Assembly: GCA_963746485.1 (NCBI GenBank)
Contig: CAVVBL010000008.1
Span: forward strand, 8,418 to 72,417
Length of the DNA: 64,000 bases
Direction of reading: 5' to 3'
Source: an uncultured Actinomycetota bacterium
GTDB taxonomy: Bacteria; Actinomycetota; Actinomycetes; Streptosporangiales; Streptosporangiaceae
In this document: piece by piece, positions 28,539 to 37,431 of the stretch
How positions within the stretch are numbered: the first letter of the stretch is position 1
Layout of the letters: every line of letters begins with the position of its first letter
Notes under the pieces: generated by a model
What the model was told of the DNA's origin: nothing
Databases searched by the model: none
What the model saw: only the letters and a program-made list of their open reading frames with translations
Made by a program: the position numbers and the translations under genes

Positions 28539-29429
28539 TCAGGCGGTCGCGGCGAGTACTCCTACCCGGCGGTCGCACACGAGCCGGCCGGAGGCCGTCC
28601 CCTGGAAGGTGCCCGAGGTCGGCGCGACATCCGCGTAATCCCGGCCGGTCGCGATCGTGACGTAACTGGCATCGACTGGCCGGCCGTTGCACGGGTCGAA
28701 CGCGACCGCCTGCGCGCGCCGCCCGGCCGGAACAATGACCTCAACCCACGCATGCGTGCCGCCCTGGCCGATGAGATGGCCGGATACGTACCGCGCGGGA
28801 AGGCCGAGAAGACGGCAGATGGCAAGCATCACGTGGGCGAAGTCCTGGCACACGCCGCGGCCTGCGGCCAGTGCTTCCGACGCGGTGGTGTGCACCGAGG
28901 TGACGCCGTTCTCGTAGCCGAGCGCGGCCGCGACGGCGTCGTTGACCTGGCGGGCGCGCTGCAGCGGGCCGGCCGGACGGGCGGCGATCTCCGCGGCCAG
29001 TGCACGGAGGCGGTCGTCCGGCGCGGTCAGCGGGGTGTACCGCAGCAGCCGCGGGCTGTGCAGTGCCTGAGCCGGGAGCGTCGTCGGCCCGTCATCGCGG
29101 ATGCGCTCGACGATCGCGGCAAGCCGGAACTCGATCGCGTGCAGCACCTGCTCGGCATGCAGCCAGGCGATGACGTTCCCGGACGCGTCCTGGTGCATGC
29201 GGCGCCGGGCCCTGGCGCCCGTCACCTGCAGCTGGTGGGCGCGCAGGTACTGATTGCCGTGGCTGGGCGGTGGCACGATGATCAGCCGGTGCCGCAGCGA
29301 GTGCACCGGCGCGTCGTACTCGTACCGGAAGCGCTGCTCGATGGCGTAGCTGACGCGGCGGGCGCGCTGCAGGTCGAGGTCGCGATGATCGAGCAGGGCA
29401 TTCTGCAGAAGCCGGGTGTCCAGCGTCAT
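28539..29429 (-). CDS. Transglutaminase family protein (Bact_transglu_N plus core)
   Basis: Catalytic Cys in GRGVCQDFAHV, His in GGTHAWVEV, Asp in FDPCNG. Confidence 0.85.
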   Translation of the reverse strand: MTLDTRLLQNALLDHRDLDLQRARRVSYAIEQRFRYEYDAPVHSLRHRLIIVPPPSHGNQYLRAHQLQVTGARARRRMHQDASGNVIAWLHAEQVLHAIEFRLAAIVERIRDDGPTTLPAQALHSPRLLRYTPLTAPDDRLRALAAEIAARPAGPLQRARQVNDAVAAALGYENGVTSVHTTASEALAAGRGVCQDFAHVMLAICRLLGLPARYVSGHLIGQGGTHAWVEVIVPAGRRAQAVAFDPCNGRPVDASYVTIATGRDYADVAPTSGTFQGTASGRLVCDRRVGVLAATA

Positions 29430-30271
29430 CAGGTGACCTCCTCGGCCTGGACGACCATGGACTCCAGCAGTGGCGCGCCGAAGGTTGTCGCCATGGCGAC
29501 GTCGGAAGCGTCCCGGCCCCGGCCGATGACGATGCGGCCCTTGCGCCTGACGTTGTTACGCGGGTCGAACGTCCACCAGCGGTCTCCCAGCCAGACTTCC
29601 ATCCAGGCCGCGAAATCCATCGGCGCCGGGTCGGGCGGTACGTCGAGGTCGGGCAGGTAGCCGAAGACGTAGCGGGCCGGGATGTTGAGCGCGCGGCAGA
29701 AGGAGACAGCCAGATGCGTGAAGTCGCGGCAGACGCCGTGCCGGCCCTCGTTCACGTCGGCCGCGCTCGACAGCGGCCCGGTGCTGCCGTACTCGAAGGT
29801 CAGGTGGTCGTGAACGTAGTCGCAGATGGCCTGGACCCGACGGTAGCCGGGAGGCAGGCCGCCGAAGCGCGACCAGGCCTCGTCCCCCAGGACGTCCGGC
29901 AGGCAGTAGCGACTCGGCAGCGTGTAGATCAGCGTGGCGTCCGGCAATGCGTCCGGCGCACGCTCCGGCGCCTGCTCATCGGCGTCCTCGGTGACGTCAG
30001 GGACCACCGCCACGGCCTGGTACCGGAAGCTCGACCGGCCGAGCGGGAGCACTGCCCGGACACACGGGTTCCCGTAAAGGTCGGTGTAGCCGCGGATGGT
30101 CATGTGCGGCTTGGACGTCCACTGCTGGCTCTCCAGGGCAATGCCCGGCGCCGTGGCCGGCTGCACCTGGTAGATCACCGGCGTGCCGATCTCCGTGATG
30201 TACGTGAATTCGCAGCCCACGAGTATCCGGCGCCAGTTCACGCTTTCATGCTGCACGGAGGATGTTTCCAT
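29429..30271 (-). CDS. Transglutaminase-like protein, probably lacking the catalytic His
   Basis: GRHGVCRDFTHL keeps the Cys and FDPRN keeps the Asp. The position aligned with His reads DFAAWMEVW, so Ala replaces His. TGATG one-nt overlap with the downstream transglutaminase. Start ATG 30271 has a GAGG RBS. Confidence 0.8.
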   Translation of the reverse strand: METSSVQHESVNWRRILVGCEFTYITEIGTPVIYQVQPATAPGIALESQQWTSKPHMTIRGYTDLYGNPCVRAVLPLGRSSFRYQAVAVVPDVTEDADEQAPERAPDALPDATLIYTLPSRYCLPDVLGDEAWSRFGGLPPGYRRVQAICDYVHDHLTFEYGSTGPLSSAADVNEGRHGVCRDFTHLAVSFCRALNIPARYVFGYLPDLDVPPDPAPMDFAAWMEVWLGDRWWTFDPRNNVRRKGRIVIGRGRDASDVAMATTFGAPLLESMVVQAEEVT

Positions 30272-30498
30272 GAGGTTACCTCGCAGCGGCCCGGTGCTGA
30301 GCAGCGTGCCAGCGCGCTGGTCACCACCCGCCGCCCGCATCCGGGAATGAGGCACGCCGACCGGCCTGACGGTTGCCGGCAGGCCGGTTGAGCCTGCCCC
30401 GCGAGTGCTGGCGCAAACGCCATGGGCCGCCTGCCAGGGCCGGCACCGGCCGCCCGGCTCAGTGCCGTCGCGGTCAGTCGCGGTCAGTACCGTCGCGG

Positions 30499-31248
30499 TC
30501 AGCGGCTGCCCGCGGGGCGTGGTCCCCGGGCCTGCGGCTCGAGTGTGCCGTCCACCGCGGCCTGGGCAACGTCCGTCAGCCGGAGGTTGCTGTTCCGCGC
30601 GTAGGCGCGCATCCGATCGAACGCCTCGGCGAGGCTGACGCCTGCTCGCTCGGAGAGCACGCCCTTAGCCTGCTCGATGACGATCCGGCTGTTGAGCGCG
30701 CCGGATAGCTGCTCGTTCAGGCGCAGTACCTCGGCAGCGGCCCGGTGCTGCGCGATGCTCAGGGCGGCAAGATCGGCGAACGCGCGGGCGACGACAACGT
30801 CGGCCTCTTCCAGCGGAGCCTGACTTTCGCTAAGCAGGTTCAGCGCGCCCAGCGTCACCGCCCGCAGCCGGAGCGGGATCGCGACGGCTGAGTGGAATCC
30901 GGCCTCGATGGCGGCACCGGAGAAGGTCGGCCAGCGCCCGGATCCGGCCTCAAGGATCTCGTGGCCGACCGGCCTCCCGGTGCGGAACGCATCGAGGCAC
31001 GGGCCTTCCCTGGACTGCAGCTCGAACAGTTCCAGCAGCCGCATTGCCTCGCTGGACGACGCCACCAGCCCGAGGCTGCCGGACGGCGAGGCCAGCATGA
31101 CACCAGCTGCCGAGGCGCCGAGCATGCTGACTGACCGGTCCGCCAGGCCCGTCAGCATCTCGACGACGTCGTAGTCATCGACGAGGGTATCCGCCATCTC
31201 AACGAGCACCCGGACAACTTCGGACTCCCTGGTCACGCTAGCCACCAT
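30499..31248 (-). CDS. GAF and ANTAR domain RNA-binding regulator
   Basis: GAF-like N-terminal region. C-terminal ANTAR motif NSRIVIEQAKGVLSERAGVSLAEAFDRMRAYARNSNLRL. Confidence 0.85.
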   Translation of the reverse strand: MVASVTRESEVVRVLVEMADTLVDDYDVVEMLTGLADRSVSMLGASAAGVMLASPSGSLGLVASSSEAMRLLELFELQSREGPCLDAFRTGRPVGHEILEAGSGRWPTFSGAAIEAGFHSAVAIPLRLRAVTLGALNLLSESQAPLEEADVVVARAFADLAALSIAQHRAAAEVLRLNEQLSGALNSRIVIEQAKGVLSERAGVSLAEAFDRMRAYARNSNLRLTDVAQAAVDGTLEPQARGPRPAGSR

Positions 31249-31278
31249 CCCGAGGGTGCGGCCGGGCCGGCAGGGCGC

Positions 31279-31971
31279 TCATCGCAGCCTCAGCCTGTGC
31301 GCGATGATCTCTCTGGCCACGTCTGCCAGCGGCAGGTCATGGCTGAAGGCGTACGCCCGCAGTCTGATGAGCGCGTCGCTGACGCTGATGCCCTCCTGGA
31401 TCGAGACGATTCCGGCGGCATTGTGGACCGAGAAGTGGAAGTCGGCGCCCGTCTCGAGTTCCGTTGCAACAGTGTCAGCGGGCGCGCCCGACTGCGCTTC
31501 CAGCACCCACCTGGCGGCAATGTCTGCTACTACCAGCGCGTCGGCGTGCTGGCCGGGAGTAAGCGGACCCGGCCTGTCGCGGTAGAGGTTGAGCGCGCCG
31601 AGCCGGACGCCTCCGACCCGGAGCGGGAAACCGAATACTGCCCGTGCGCCGCCGCGCAGTGCCGGCGGCGTGAAGGCCGGCCACCTGCTGGTGACCGGCA
31701 TGGCAAGGTCAGGCTCGGAGATCACGGCGTCCTGACGGTAGGCATCCACGCAGGGACCCTCGCCGAGCGTGTACTGCAGGTCCTCGATGAGCTGGCTCAC
31801 CCTGTCGCTCACGCACAGGGAGCCGCGCGGCACGTCCCCGGCCATCAGCATGACTCCCGCGCCGTCGACGCCGGCGATCTCCGGGCAAACTGCGCAGATC
31901 CGGTCCGAGGTGACTGTGTCCTGACCGTTCCTGAGCGCGGACATGATGCGGGACAGACCGTGGCCCGCCAC
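31279..31971 (-). CDS. GAF and ANTAR domain RNA-binding regulator (paralog)
   Basis: C-terminal IVSIQEGISVSDALIRLRAYAFSHDLPL (ANTAR) with a GAF-like N-terminal region. Lies 30 nt upstream of the other ANTAR gene. Confidence 0.85.
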   Translation of the reverse strand: MAGHGLSRIMSALRNGQDTVTSDRICAVCPEIAGVDGAGVMLMAGDVPRGSLCVSDRVSQLIEDLQYTLGEGPCVDAYRQDAVISEPDLAMPVTSRWPAFTPPALRGGARAVFGFPLRVGGVRLGALNLYRDRPGPLTPGQHADALVVADIAARWVLEAQSGAPADTVATELETGADFHFSVHNAAGIVSIQEGISVSDALIRLRAYAFSHDLPLADVAREIIAHRLRLR

Positions 31972-32314
31972 TCAGCGGCCGGATCTCGGGCGTGACCGCA
32001 GCCGCCGGCTCAGGCCGCCAGCGAGTATCCGGACAGTCACCCGTGCCTCCTACAGAAGGAATCGTCAGCAGGCTCAGCATTCAGCTGCCGTCCGGAGCCG
32101 CCACTGGCTTCTCGCTGGCTAGGGTACGCCCGATCCCGTGGCCACGGCCACGCCAGCGGCGCCCTCCGGCTGCCGTTCCGCAGCCGTCCGCAGGCGTGCC
32201 GTAGCCGTTCGCGCGGCCGTCCCGCGTGCGGGTGTCATGCTGCCCGCTAACGACTGCGGCGTCCGGTTACGATGATGGCTAGTGTCAGCCTGACCGGTCC
32301 GGCCAGCACCATCG

Positions 32315-33043
32315 GTGATGTCGGCCGCGGGCTGGCTTAGCCGCACCAGACCCCGGCGACGAGAAGCTTCTCCATGCCGGAGCCCGGGAGCATGCCTGAT
32401 GACGTACTTCCCCGCGAATTGCGACGTGCCCGGGAGCAGCGGCCTGATGCCCGCTGCCAGCAGTGGCGCTTTGCCGGTGGTGTTCGGCAGCCGCGAGATC
32501 GAGCTCGACGTCGGCTACGTTGCTGCCCGGATCCGGCTGCTCACCATGCTGCATAGCGGCTGGATGGCTGACAGCAGCGCGCTCGCGGACCTGCTCGTGC
32601 TGCTGCCGGTGCCGTCCGACCTGGGCGGCCCGCCCGGGCCTCGTTTCGTCCGGGTGCGGCTGCAGGAGCCGGTGCTCGGCAACGGCATGATCACGTTCCC
32701 GCTCTCATGGGGGGCCGACGACGACGGCAGGCTGCGGCCCGTGCTTGACCTCGGGCTGACACTGCGCGCAGGACTGCCGCGCCGGACCTACCTCCGGCTG
32801 GACGGCACAGTCTGGCGGCCGGCCGCACGGGCCGTCCGGGCAGTGGCGCTCCCGGACCCGGCATCGCCTGTGTTCGGCCCGAGCGTCGAGGCCTGGCTGT
32901 CCAGGCTGGCGCGTTCCCTGACCAGTCCAGCCGGCCGCCCGTCCGGCCCGCCGGCGGCTGGCCAGCCAGGACCGCCGCCGCGCGGCCTGAGCGCAGCAGG
33001 GGCTGCTGACCCAGGTGCTATGGAACCGGACGCTACGGAATAA
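32315..33043 (+). CDS. Hypothetical protein
   Basis: High third-position GC through 32550-33040, no recognisable motifs, Pro/Gly-rich tail. Start uncertain. The 3' end overlaps the convergent oxidoreductase by 11 nt. Confidence 0.4.
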   Translation: MMSAAGWLSRTRPRRREASPCRSPGACLMTYFPANCDVPGSSGLMPAASSGALPVVFGSREIELDVGYVAARIRLLTMLHSGWMADSSALADLLVLLPVPSDLGGPPGPRFVRVRLQEPVLGNGMITFPLSWGADDDGRLRPVLDLGLTLRAGLPRRTYLRLDGTVWRPAARAVRAVALPDPASPVFGPSVEAWLSRLARSLTSPAGRPSGPPAAGQPGPPPRGLSAAGAADPGAMEPDATE

Positions 33044-33980
33044 GCGCGATCTTGCCGGACGTGTGGCCTGCCATGATGGCCCGGTGCGCGTCGGCTGCGC
33101 TGGCCAGCGGGAACGTCTGCGCCACGAGGACCCGCAGGCTGCCTTGGCCGGCCAGCCGGGCTAGCTCCGGGCGCGCCGCCTGGCGAATCTCGGTGCCGGG
33201 ATCCGCGCCCGGGGCGCCGCCGAGTGCCCTGATACCGTCCGCCAGGCCGCGGCGAGACGCGGCAATAGTGGCAATCCGCTGCCGGTCGGCTACCAGCTCC
33301 AGCGAGACGTCGATTGCCTCATCAGTGCCGACGAGGTCGAGTGACGCGTCGATGCCCTGCGGCGCGGCGGCCCGGACGCGGTCCGCAAGGCCGGTGCCGT
33401 AGGCCACCGGGATCGCGCCGAAACTGCGCAGCAGCTCATGCCGCACCGGGCTCGCGGTGCCGATGACGGTAGCCCCGCGGGCAATGGCCAGCTGGATCGC
33501 CATCAGGCCCACGCCGCCAGCCGCGCCGTGCATCAGTACCGTGTCGCCTGCGGTCACCGCGGTCGCGACCAGCGCGTGCCAGGCGGTGGCACCGGTCAGC
33601 ATCAGCCCGCTCGCTTCTGGCCAGCCCAGCGACGGCGGCTTGGGGACCAGCGCGTCACCCGCCACCACCAGGTCAGCGGCGTAGCCACCAGATATCCGGA
33701 AGGCGATGACCTCATCGCCCACCGCCAGCGGCCCGGCAGCCGATGCCGCTCCGGGGCCGACAGCGGTCACCACTCCTGCTGCCTCGAATCCGAGCCGCAG
33801 CGGGAGCCTCGCCGGGTCGCGGCTCATGGCACCGCTGTAGAGCTTGTAGTCGACGGGGTTCACCCCGCTGGCGCGAACGGCGATGCGTGCCTCGCCCGCG
33901 GCCGGGTCAGCGACTGGCTGATCAGTGATCGCGAGCACTTCAGGGCCGCCGTAAGCGGATGCAACCACGACTGCGGACAT
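33033..33980 (-). CDS. NADPH:quinone oxidoreductase (zeta-crystallin/MDR family)
   Basis: MSAVVVASAYGGPEVL...VRASGVNPVDYK and nucleotide motif HGAAGGVGL. Start set at internal ATG 33980. Confidence 0.85.
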   Translation of the reverse strand: MSAVVVASAYGGPEVLAITDQPVADPAAGEARIAVRASGVNPVDYKLYSGAMSRDPARLPLRLGFEAAGVVTAVGPGAASAAGPLAVGDEVIAFRISGGYAADLVVAGDALVPKPPSLGWPEASGLMLTGATAWHALVATAVTAGDTVLMHGAAGGVGLMAIQLAIARGATVIGTASPVRHELLRSFGAIPVAYGTGLADRVRAAAPQGIDASLDLVGTDEAIDVSLELVADRQRIATIAASRRGLADGIRALGGAPGADPGTEIRQAARPELARLAGQGSLRVLVAQTFPLASAADAHRAIMAGHTSGKIALIP

Positions 33981-34085
33981 GTGCGGGCGCAACGCCGGCC
34001 GGTGACGCGGCATTCCCCGCCGGGCGCCTGCCGGAAACTAAAGTGAGGCCTGTCCGCGACTCGACCGCCAGACAAGGGACGCATC

Positions 34086-34571
34086 GTGAATCAGGAAGAG
34101 CGGCGTCAGTTCGTCCGCGACCACCGCACCTGCATCTTCGGCTACGCCAGGAAATCGGACGGGCCCGCGATGACAGTCGTGTACTACGTCATGAACGGCG
34201 ACAACGAGCTGCTCGTGTCGACCATGGCCGCGCGCTCGAAGACGAAGGCCGTCACCAGGGACGGGAAGGTCAGCCTGTGCGTCCTGGACGAGCAGTGGCC
34301 GCTCACTTACCTGCAGGTCTACGGGGACGCGGTGGTCGACACCGACCCTGATCTTGCCGCCGACATGCTGACCAGGGTCGTCGGACTGATGGCGGGCGAG
34401 GAGGTACCGGCCGAGCGGCGGCCGCAGATCGCGGCCATGGCGCGAGACGAGGAGCGGGTCGTCATCCGGGTCCGGCCGTATGCGACGTTCGAGACTCCGC
34501 CGCGGCACGTGCACCAGATGACCGACATCGACACGCTGTCGCACTTCACCAGCACGTCCATGCCCTGGTGA
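34086..34571 (+). CDS. PPOX-class (probable F420-dependent) oxidoreductase
   Basis: 161 aa. FVRDHRTCIFGYARKSDGPAMTVVYYV...KVSLCVLDEQWPLTYLQVYG is typical of the pyridoxamine-5'-phosphate-oxidase-like split barrel. Confidence 0.8.
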   Translation: MNQEERRQFVRDHRTCIFGYARKSDGPAMTVVYYVMNGDNELLVSTMAARSKTKAVTRDGKVSLCVLDEQWPLTYLQVYGDAVVDTDPDLAADMLTRVVGLMAGEEVPAERRPQIAAMARDEERVVIRVRPYATFETPPRHVHQMTDIDTLSHFTSTSMPW

Positions 34572-34574
34572 GCC

Positions 34575-35429
34575 ATGCCGGATAGCCCCCCGCCCTCCGG
34601 CGCTGATTCCCGCGGCCGCGATCCGGCCGTCGTGGCCCGCCTGCGGGCGGCAGGCTGCGTCTTCGCCGAGGAGGAGGCCGACCTCCTGACTGTTGCCGCG
34701 ACGACCCCGGCTGAACTGGCCCGGCTGGTCGATCTGCGGGTCGCCGGGCGGCCGCTCGAGCAGATTCTCGGCTGGGCCGAGTTCTGCGGCCTGCGGATCG
34801 AGGTCGATCCGGGCGTCTTCGTCCCGCGCCGGCGCAGCGAGTTCCTGGTGGGCCAGGCGGGGCTCCCGGCGGCCGGGCACATCGGCCGCACCGATGGCGC
34901 CGTCGCCGGCCGTAGCCGGGTGCCGCTGGTCATCGCCGATCTGTGCTGCGGAACGGGCGCGATCGGAGTGGCCGTCGCCCGCGCCGTCCGCGCGGCCGAG
35001 CTGTATGCCGCCGACATCGATCCCGCGGCGGTGGCGTGCGCGCGCCGCAACGTGGCCACGGTCGGCGGCCAGGCGTTCCAGGGCGATCTCTTCGCTGCGT
35101 TCCCGTCCTCGCTGCGCGGCCGCATCGACGTGCTGACCGTCAACGCGCCCTACGTGCCCACCGACGAGATCAGGTTCATGCCGCCGGAAGCCAGGCTGCA
35201 CGAGCCGCGGATCGCGCTGGATGGCGGGCCGGACGGAGTGGGCCTGCACCGCCGGGTCGCGGCGCAGGCGGCGGACTGGCTCTCGCCCGCCGGCCGCCTC
35301 CTGATCGAGACGAGCGACCAGCAGGCGCCGCTCACGGCGGCGGCCGTCTCCGACGGCGGCCTTGCGGCCACCGTCGTCACTGACGACGATCTCGAGGCCA
35401 CGGTCGTCATCGGCGCCCCGGCTGGCTGA
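34575..35429 (+). CDS. PrmC/HemK-related N5-glutamine-type methyltransferase
   Basis: SAM motif I DLCCGTGAIG and substrate motif NAPYVP. Confidence 0.8.
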   Translation: MPDSPPPSGADSRGRDPAVVARLRAAGCVFAEEEADLLTVAATTPAELARLVDLRVAGRPLEQILGWAEFCGLRIEVDPGVFVPRRRSEFLVGQAGLPAAGHIGRTDGAVAGRSRVPLVIADLCCGTGAIGVAVARAVRAAELYAADIDPAAVACARRNVATVGGQAFQGDLFAAFPSSLRGRIDVLTVNAPYVPTDEIRFMPPEARLHEPRIALDGGPDGVGLHRRVAAQAADWLSPAGRLLIETSDQQAPLTAAAVSDGGLAATVVTDDDLEATVVIGAPAG

Positions 35430-35442
35430 CGTCGCAGCCGGG

Positions 35443-36078
35443 CTACGGCCCGGACGGGCTGACCGCGCCGGAGCGGCCGCCGCCGGAGGCATCCGCGGCG
35501 GCTCGCAGCCGCCCGAACTCGCTGGCCAGGCCGGCCGCGCTCCAGTGCGCGTTCAGCCCGCTCGGGTTGGGCAGCACCCAGACCCTGGCACCGCCGAGCT
35601 GCTCCTCCTGCGGGCCGACCACCGCGCCGGGCCGCGCGAATGCGGTGCGGTAGGCGGTGACCCCGAGCACGGCGAGCCACGTCACGCAGAGCCGCCCCGC
35701 CAGGGCCGCAAGGATGTCGCCGCCCGCCCGCAGCTCGGCGGCGTCCAGCTCGTCCGCTCGCGCGGTGGCGCGGGCAACCACGTTGGTGATGCCGAGCCCG
35801 AGGTCGAGCAGCAGGTGCTGGTCAGCCGCCGGAAGCTGCCGGCCGGTGAAGCCGGACTGGTGCAGCGCAGGCCAGAACCGGTTCCCCGGCCTGGCGAAGT
35901 GATAGCCGGTGGCAGCCGAGTACAGGCTCGGGTTAATCCCGGAGAACAGCACCCGCAGCCCCGGCGCCACCAGGTCGGGAATCGTCCTGCCGCGGGCGGC
36001 GGCGACTTCCTCCCTGGTGGGCCGGGTGCGCTGCCCGGCTGTCCCGGCGCGCGCCCGGCCTGCGTCCTGCGCCGTCAC
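35443..36078 (-). CDS. mug: G/U mismatch-specific DNA glycosylase
   Basis: LRVLFSGINPSLYSAATGYHFARPGNRFW, the Mug/TDG family active-site motif GINPS. Confidence 0.85.
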   Translation of the reverse strand: MTAQDAGRARAGTAGQRTRPTREEVAAARGRTIPDLVAPGLRVLFSGINPSLYSAATGYHFARPGNRFWPALHQSGFTGRQLPAADQHLLLDLGLGITNVVARATARADELDAAELRAGGDILAALAGRLCVTWLAVLGVTAYRTAFARPGAVVGPQEEQLGGARVWVLPNPSGLNAHWSAAGLASEFGRLRAAADASGGGRSGAVSPSGP

Positions 36079-36116
36079 GTCCCCCAGCGTACGGGCGCCT
36101 GCCGGACAATAGGCAG

Positions 36117-36458
36117 GTGATCACCGTCGCCCCTGAGGCATTCGAGCAGATGGTCGCCACCGCGATGGACTCACTGCCCCCGCAGTTCGGCGACCTCATC
36201 AAGAACGTGGCCGTCCTCGTAGAGCACGGGCCGGGTCCGCGCGGTCTGCTGGGCCTGTACGAGGGCGTCCCGCTGACCAGCCGGACGACTGGCTACGCCG
36301 GCGTCCTGCCGGATCGCATCACGATCTACCAGCAGGCGATCTGCGCCATCTGCAGCAGCGAGGCCGAGGTGATTGAGCAGGTCAGGCGCACCGTGATTCA
36401 CGAGGTGGGGCACTACTTCGGCATCTCCGACCAGCGGCTGCGGGAACTGGGCTGGTAA
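36117..36458 (+). CDS. Metallopeptidase family protein (minimal zincin, DUF1025-like)
   Basis: 113 aa with HEVGHYFG zinc motif. Confidence 0.75.
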   Translation: MITVAPEAFEQMVATAMDSLPPQFGDLIKNVAVLVEHGPGPRGLLGLYEGVPLTSRTTGYAGVLPDRITIYQQAICAICSSEAEVIEQVRRTVIHEVGHYFGISDQRLRELGW

Positions 36459-36544
36459 CCGGTCGCAGCGCCGCACGAACGGCCCAACTACAGCCACAAC
36501 CACCACGACAACCGCAACCCCGGACGGGAACGGGAACGGGCTAG

Positions 36545-37354
36545 TCAGCCGACGCCGAGACTCCCCTTGGCCGCGGCCTCGAAGACCCGGAACGGCAGCA
36601 GCCGCTTCGCCATCAGGCCGGCCCGCTCGCCCGCCTTGCCTACCGAGACCCGGCGCGGCGCACGGCCCGCTTCGAGTACCTGCTGAACGGTCTCCGCGAC
36701 GCGCACGGCAGGCGCGCCGTTGGCCTCGTCCCGTTCCATGGCTGTGACGGCCTTCGTCATGGCCACGGCATAGGCAGCGTCGCCCTCGCCGCCATCGGCC
36801 AGCAGCCTGCTGGCGGTGAAGTCGGTCGCGATGTTGCCCGGCTGCACCAGCGTCACCTGCACCCCGAACGGCGCGACCTCGTAAGCGAGCGCCTCGGCGA
36901 AGCCCTCGAGCGCGAACTTGCTGGCGCTGTAGAAGGCCTGGAACGGGATGCCGATGACGCCGCCGATGGAGCTGATCAGCACGATGCGGCCGCGCTGCTG
37001 ATGACGCATGTGCGGCAGGACAGCCTGGACGGCCCGGACGCAACCCCAGAAGTTGGTCTCGAACTGCGCCTTGGCCTCGGCGATGCTCGTGTACTCGGCC
37101 GCCCCGGCAACACCCCAGCCCGCGGCCGCGACCAGCGCGTCGATCCGGCCCTCCCGCTCCAGGACGCCCGCCACGCCGGCCCGCACCGCGTTGTCGTCGT
37201 TGACGTCCATGACCAGCCCGGTCCAGGCACCGCCCGTGCCACGCCTGCTCGCCCCGGTCACCGCCCAGCCAGCTGCGGCCAGCTGGTCGGCGCAGGCGCG
37301 GCCGATGCCTGCCGATGCGCCGGTGACAAGTGCGACCTGTCGTGGCTCTGCCAT
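36545..37354 (-). CDS. Short-chain dehydrogenase/reductase (SDR)
   Basis: ALVTGASAGIGRA Rossmann motif and YSASKFALEG catalytic motif. Confidence 0.85.
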   Translation of the reverse strand: MAEPRQVALVTGASAGIGRACADQLAAAGWAVTGASRRGTGGAWTGLVMDVNDDNAVRAGVAGVLEREGRIDALVAAAGWGVAGAAEYTSIAEAKAQFETNFWGCVRAVQAVLPHMRHQQRGRIVLISSIGGVIGIPFQAFYSASKFALEGFAEALAYEVAPFGVQVTLVQPGNIATDFTASRLLADGGEGDAAYAVAMTKAVTAMERDEANGAPAVRVAETVQQVLEAGRAPRRVSVGKAGERAGLMAKRLLPFRVFEAAAKGSLGVG

Positions 37355-37431
37355 TGCGGTCCTGGTCCTTTCACGCGCCCGGGCGCTGTCAGCCGGGGCG
37401 CTGTCAGTGGTACTGGCTACATTCAGTGTCC

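Noticed and set aside
28086-29660. 524-aa ORF on the plus strand
   Set aside because: Antisense to both transglutaminase genes, with no motifs and an Arg-rich composition.
30272-30498. Canonical ANTAR dual-hairpin target in the transglutaminase leader
   Set aside because: Hairpins exist (for example CCGGCCTG…CAGGCCGG and the palindrome CCAGCGCGCTGG), but none has the paired hexaloops with A1/G4 expected for ANTAR targets.
34038-35492. 484-aa ORF on the minus strand
   Set aside because: Antisense to the PPOX and methyltransferase genes, both of which have clear family motifs.
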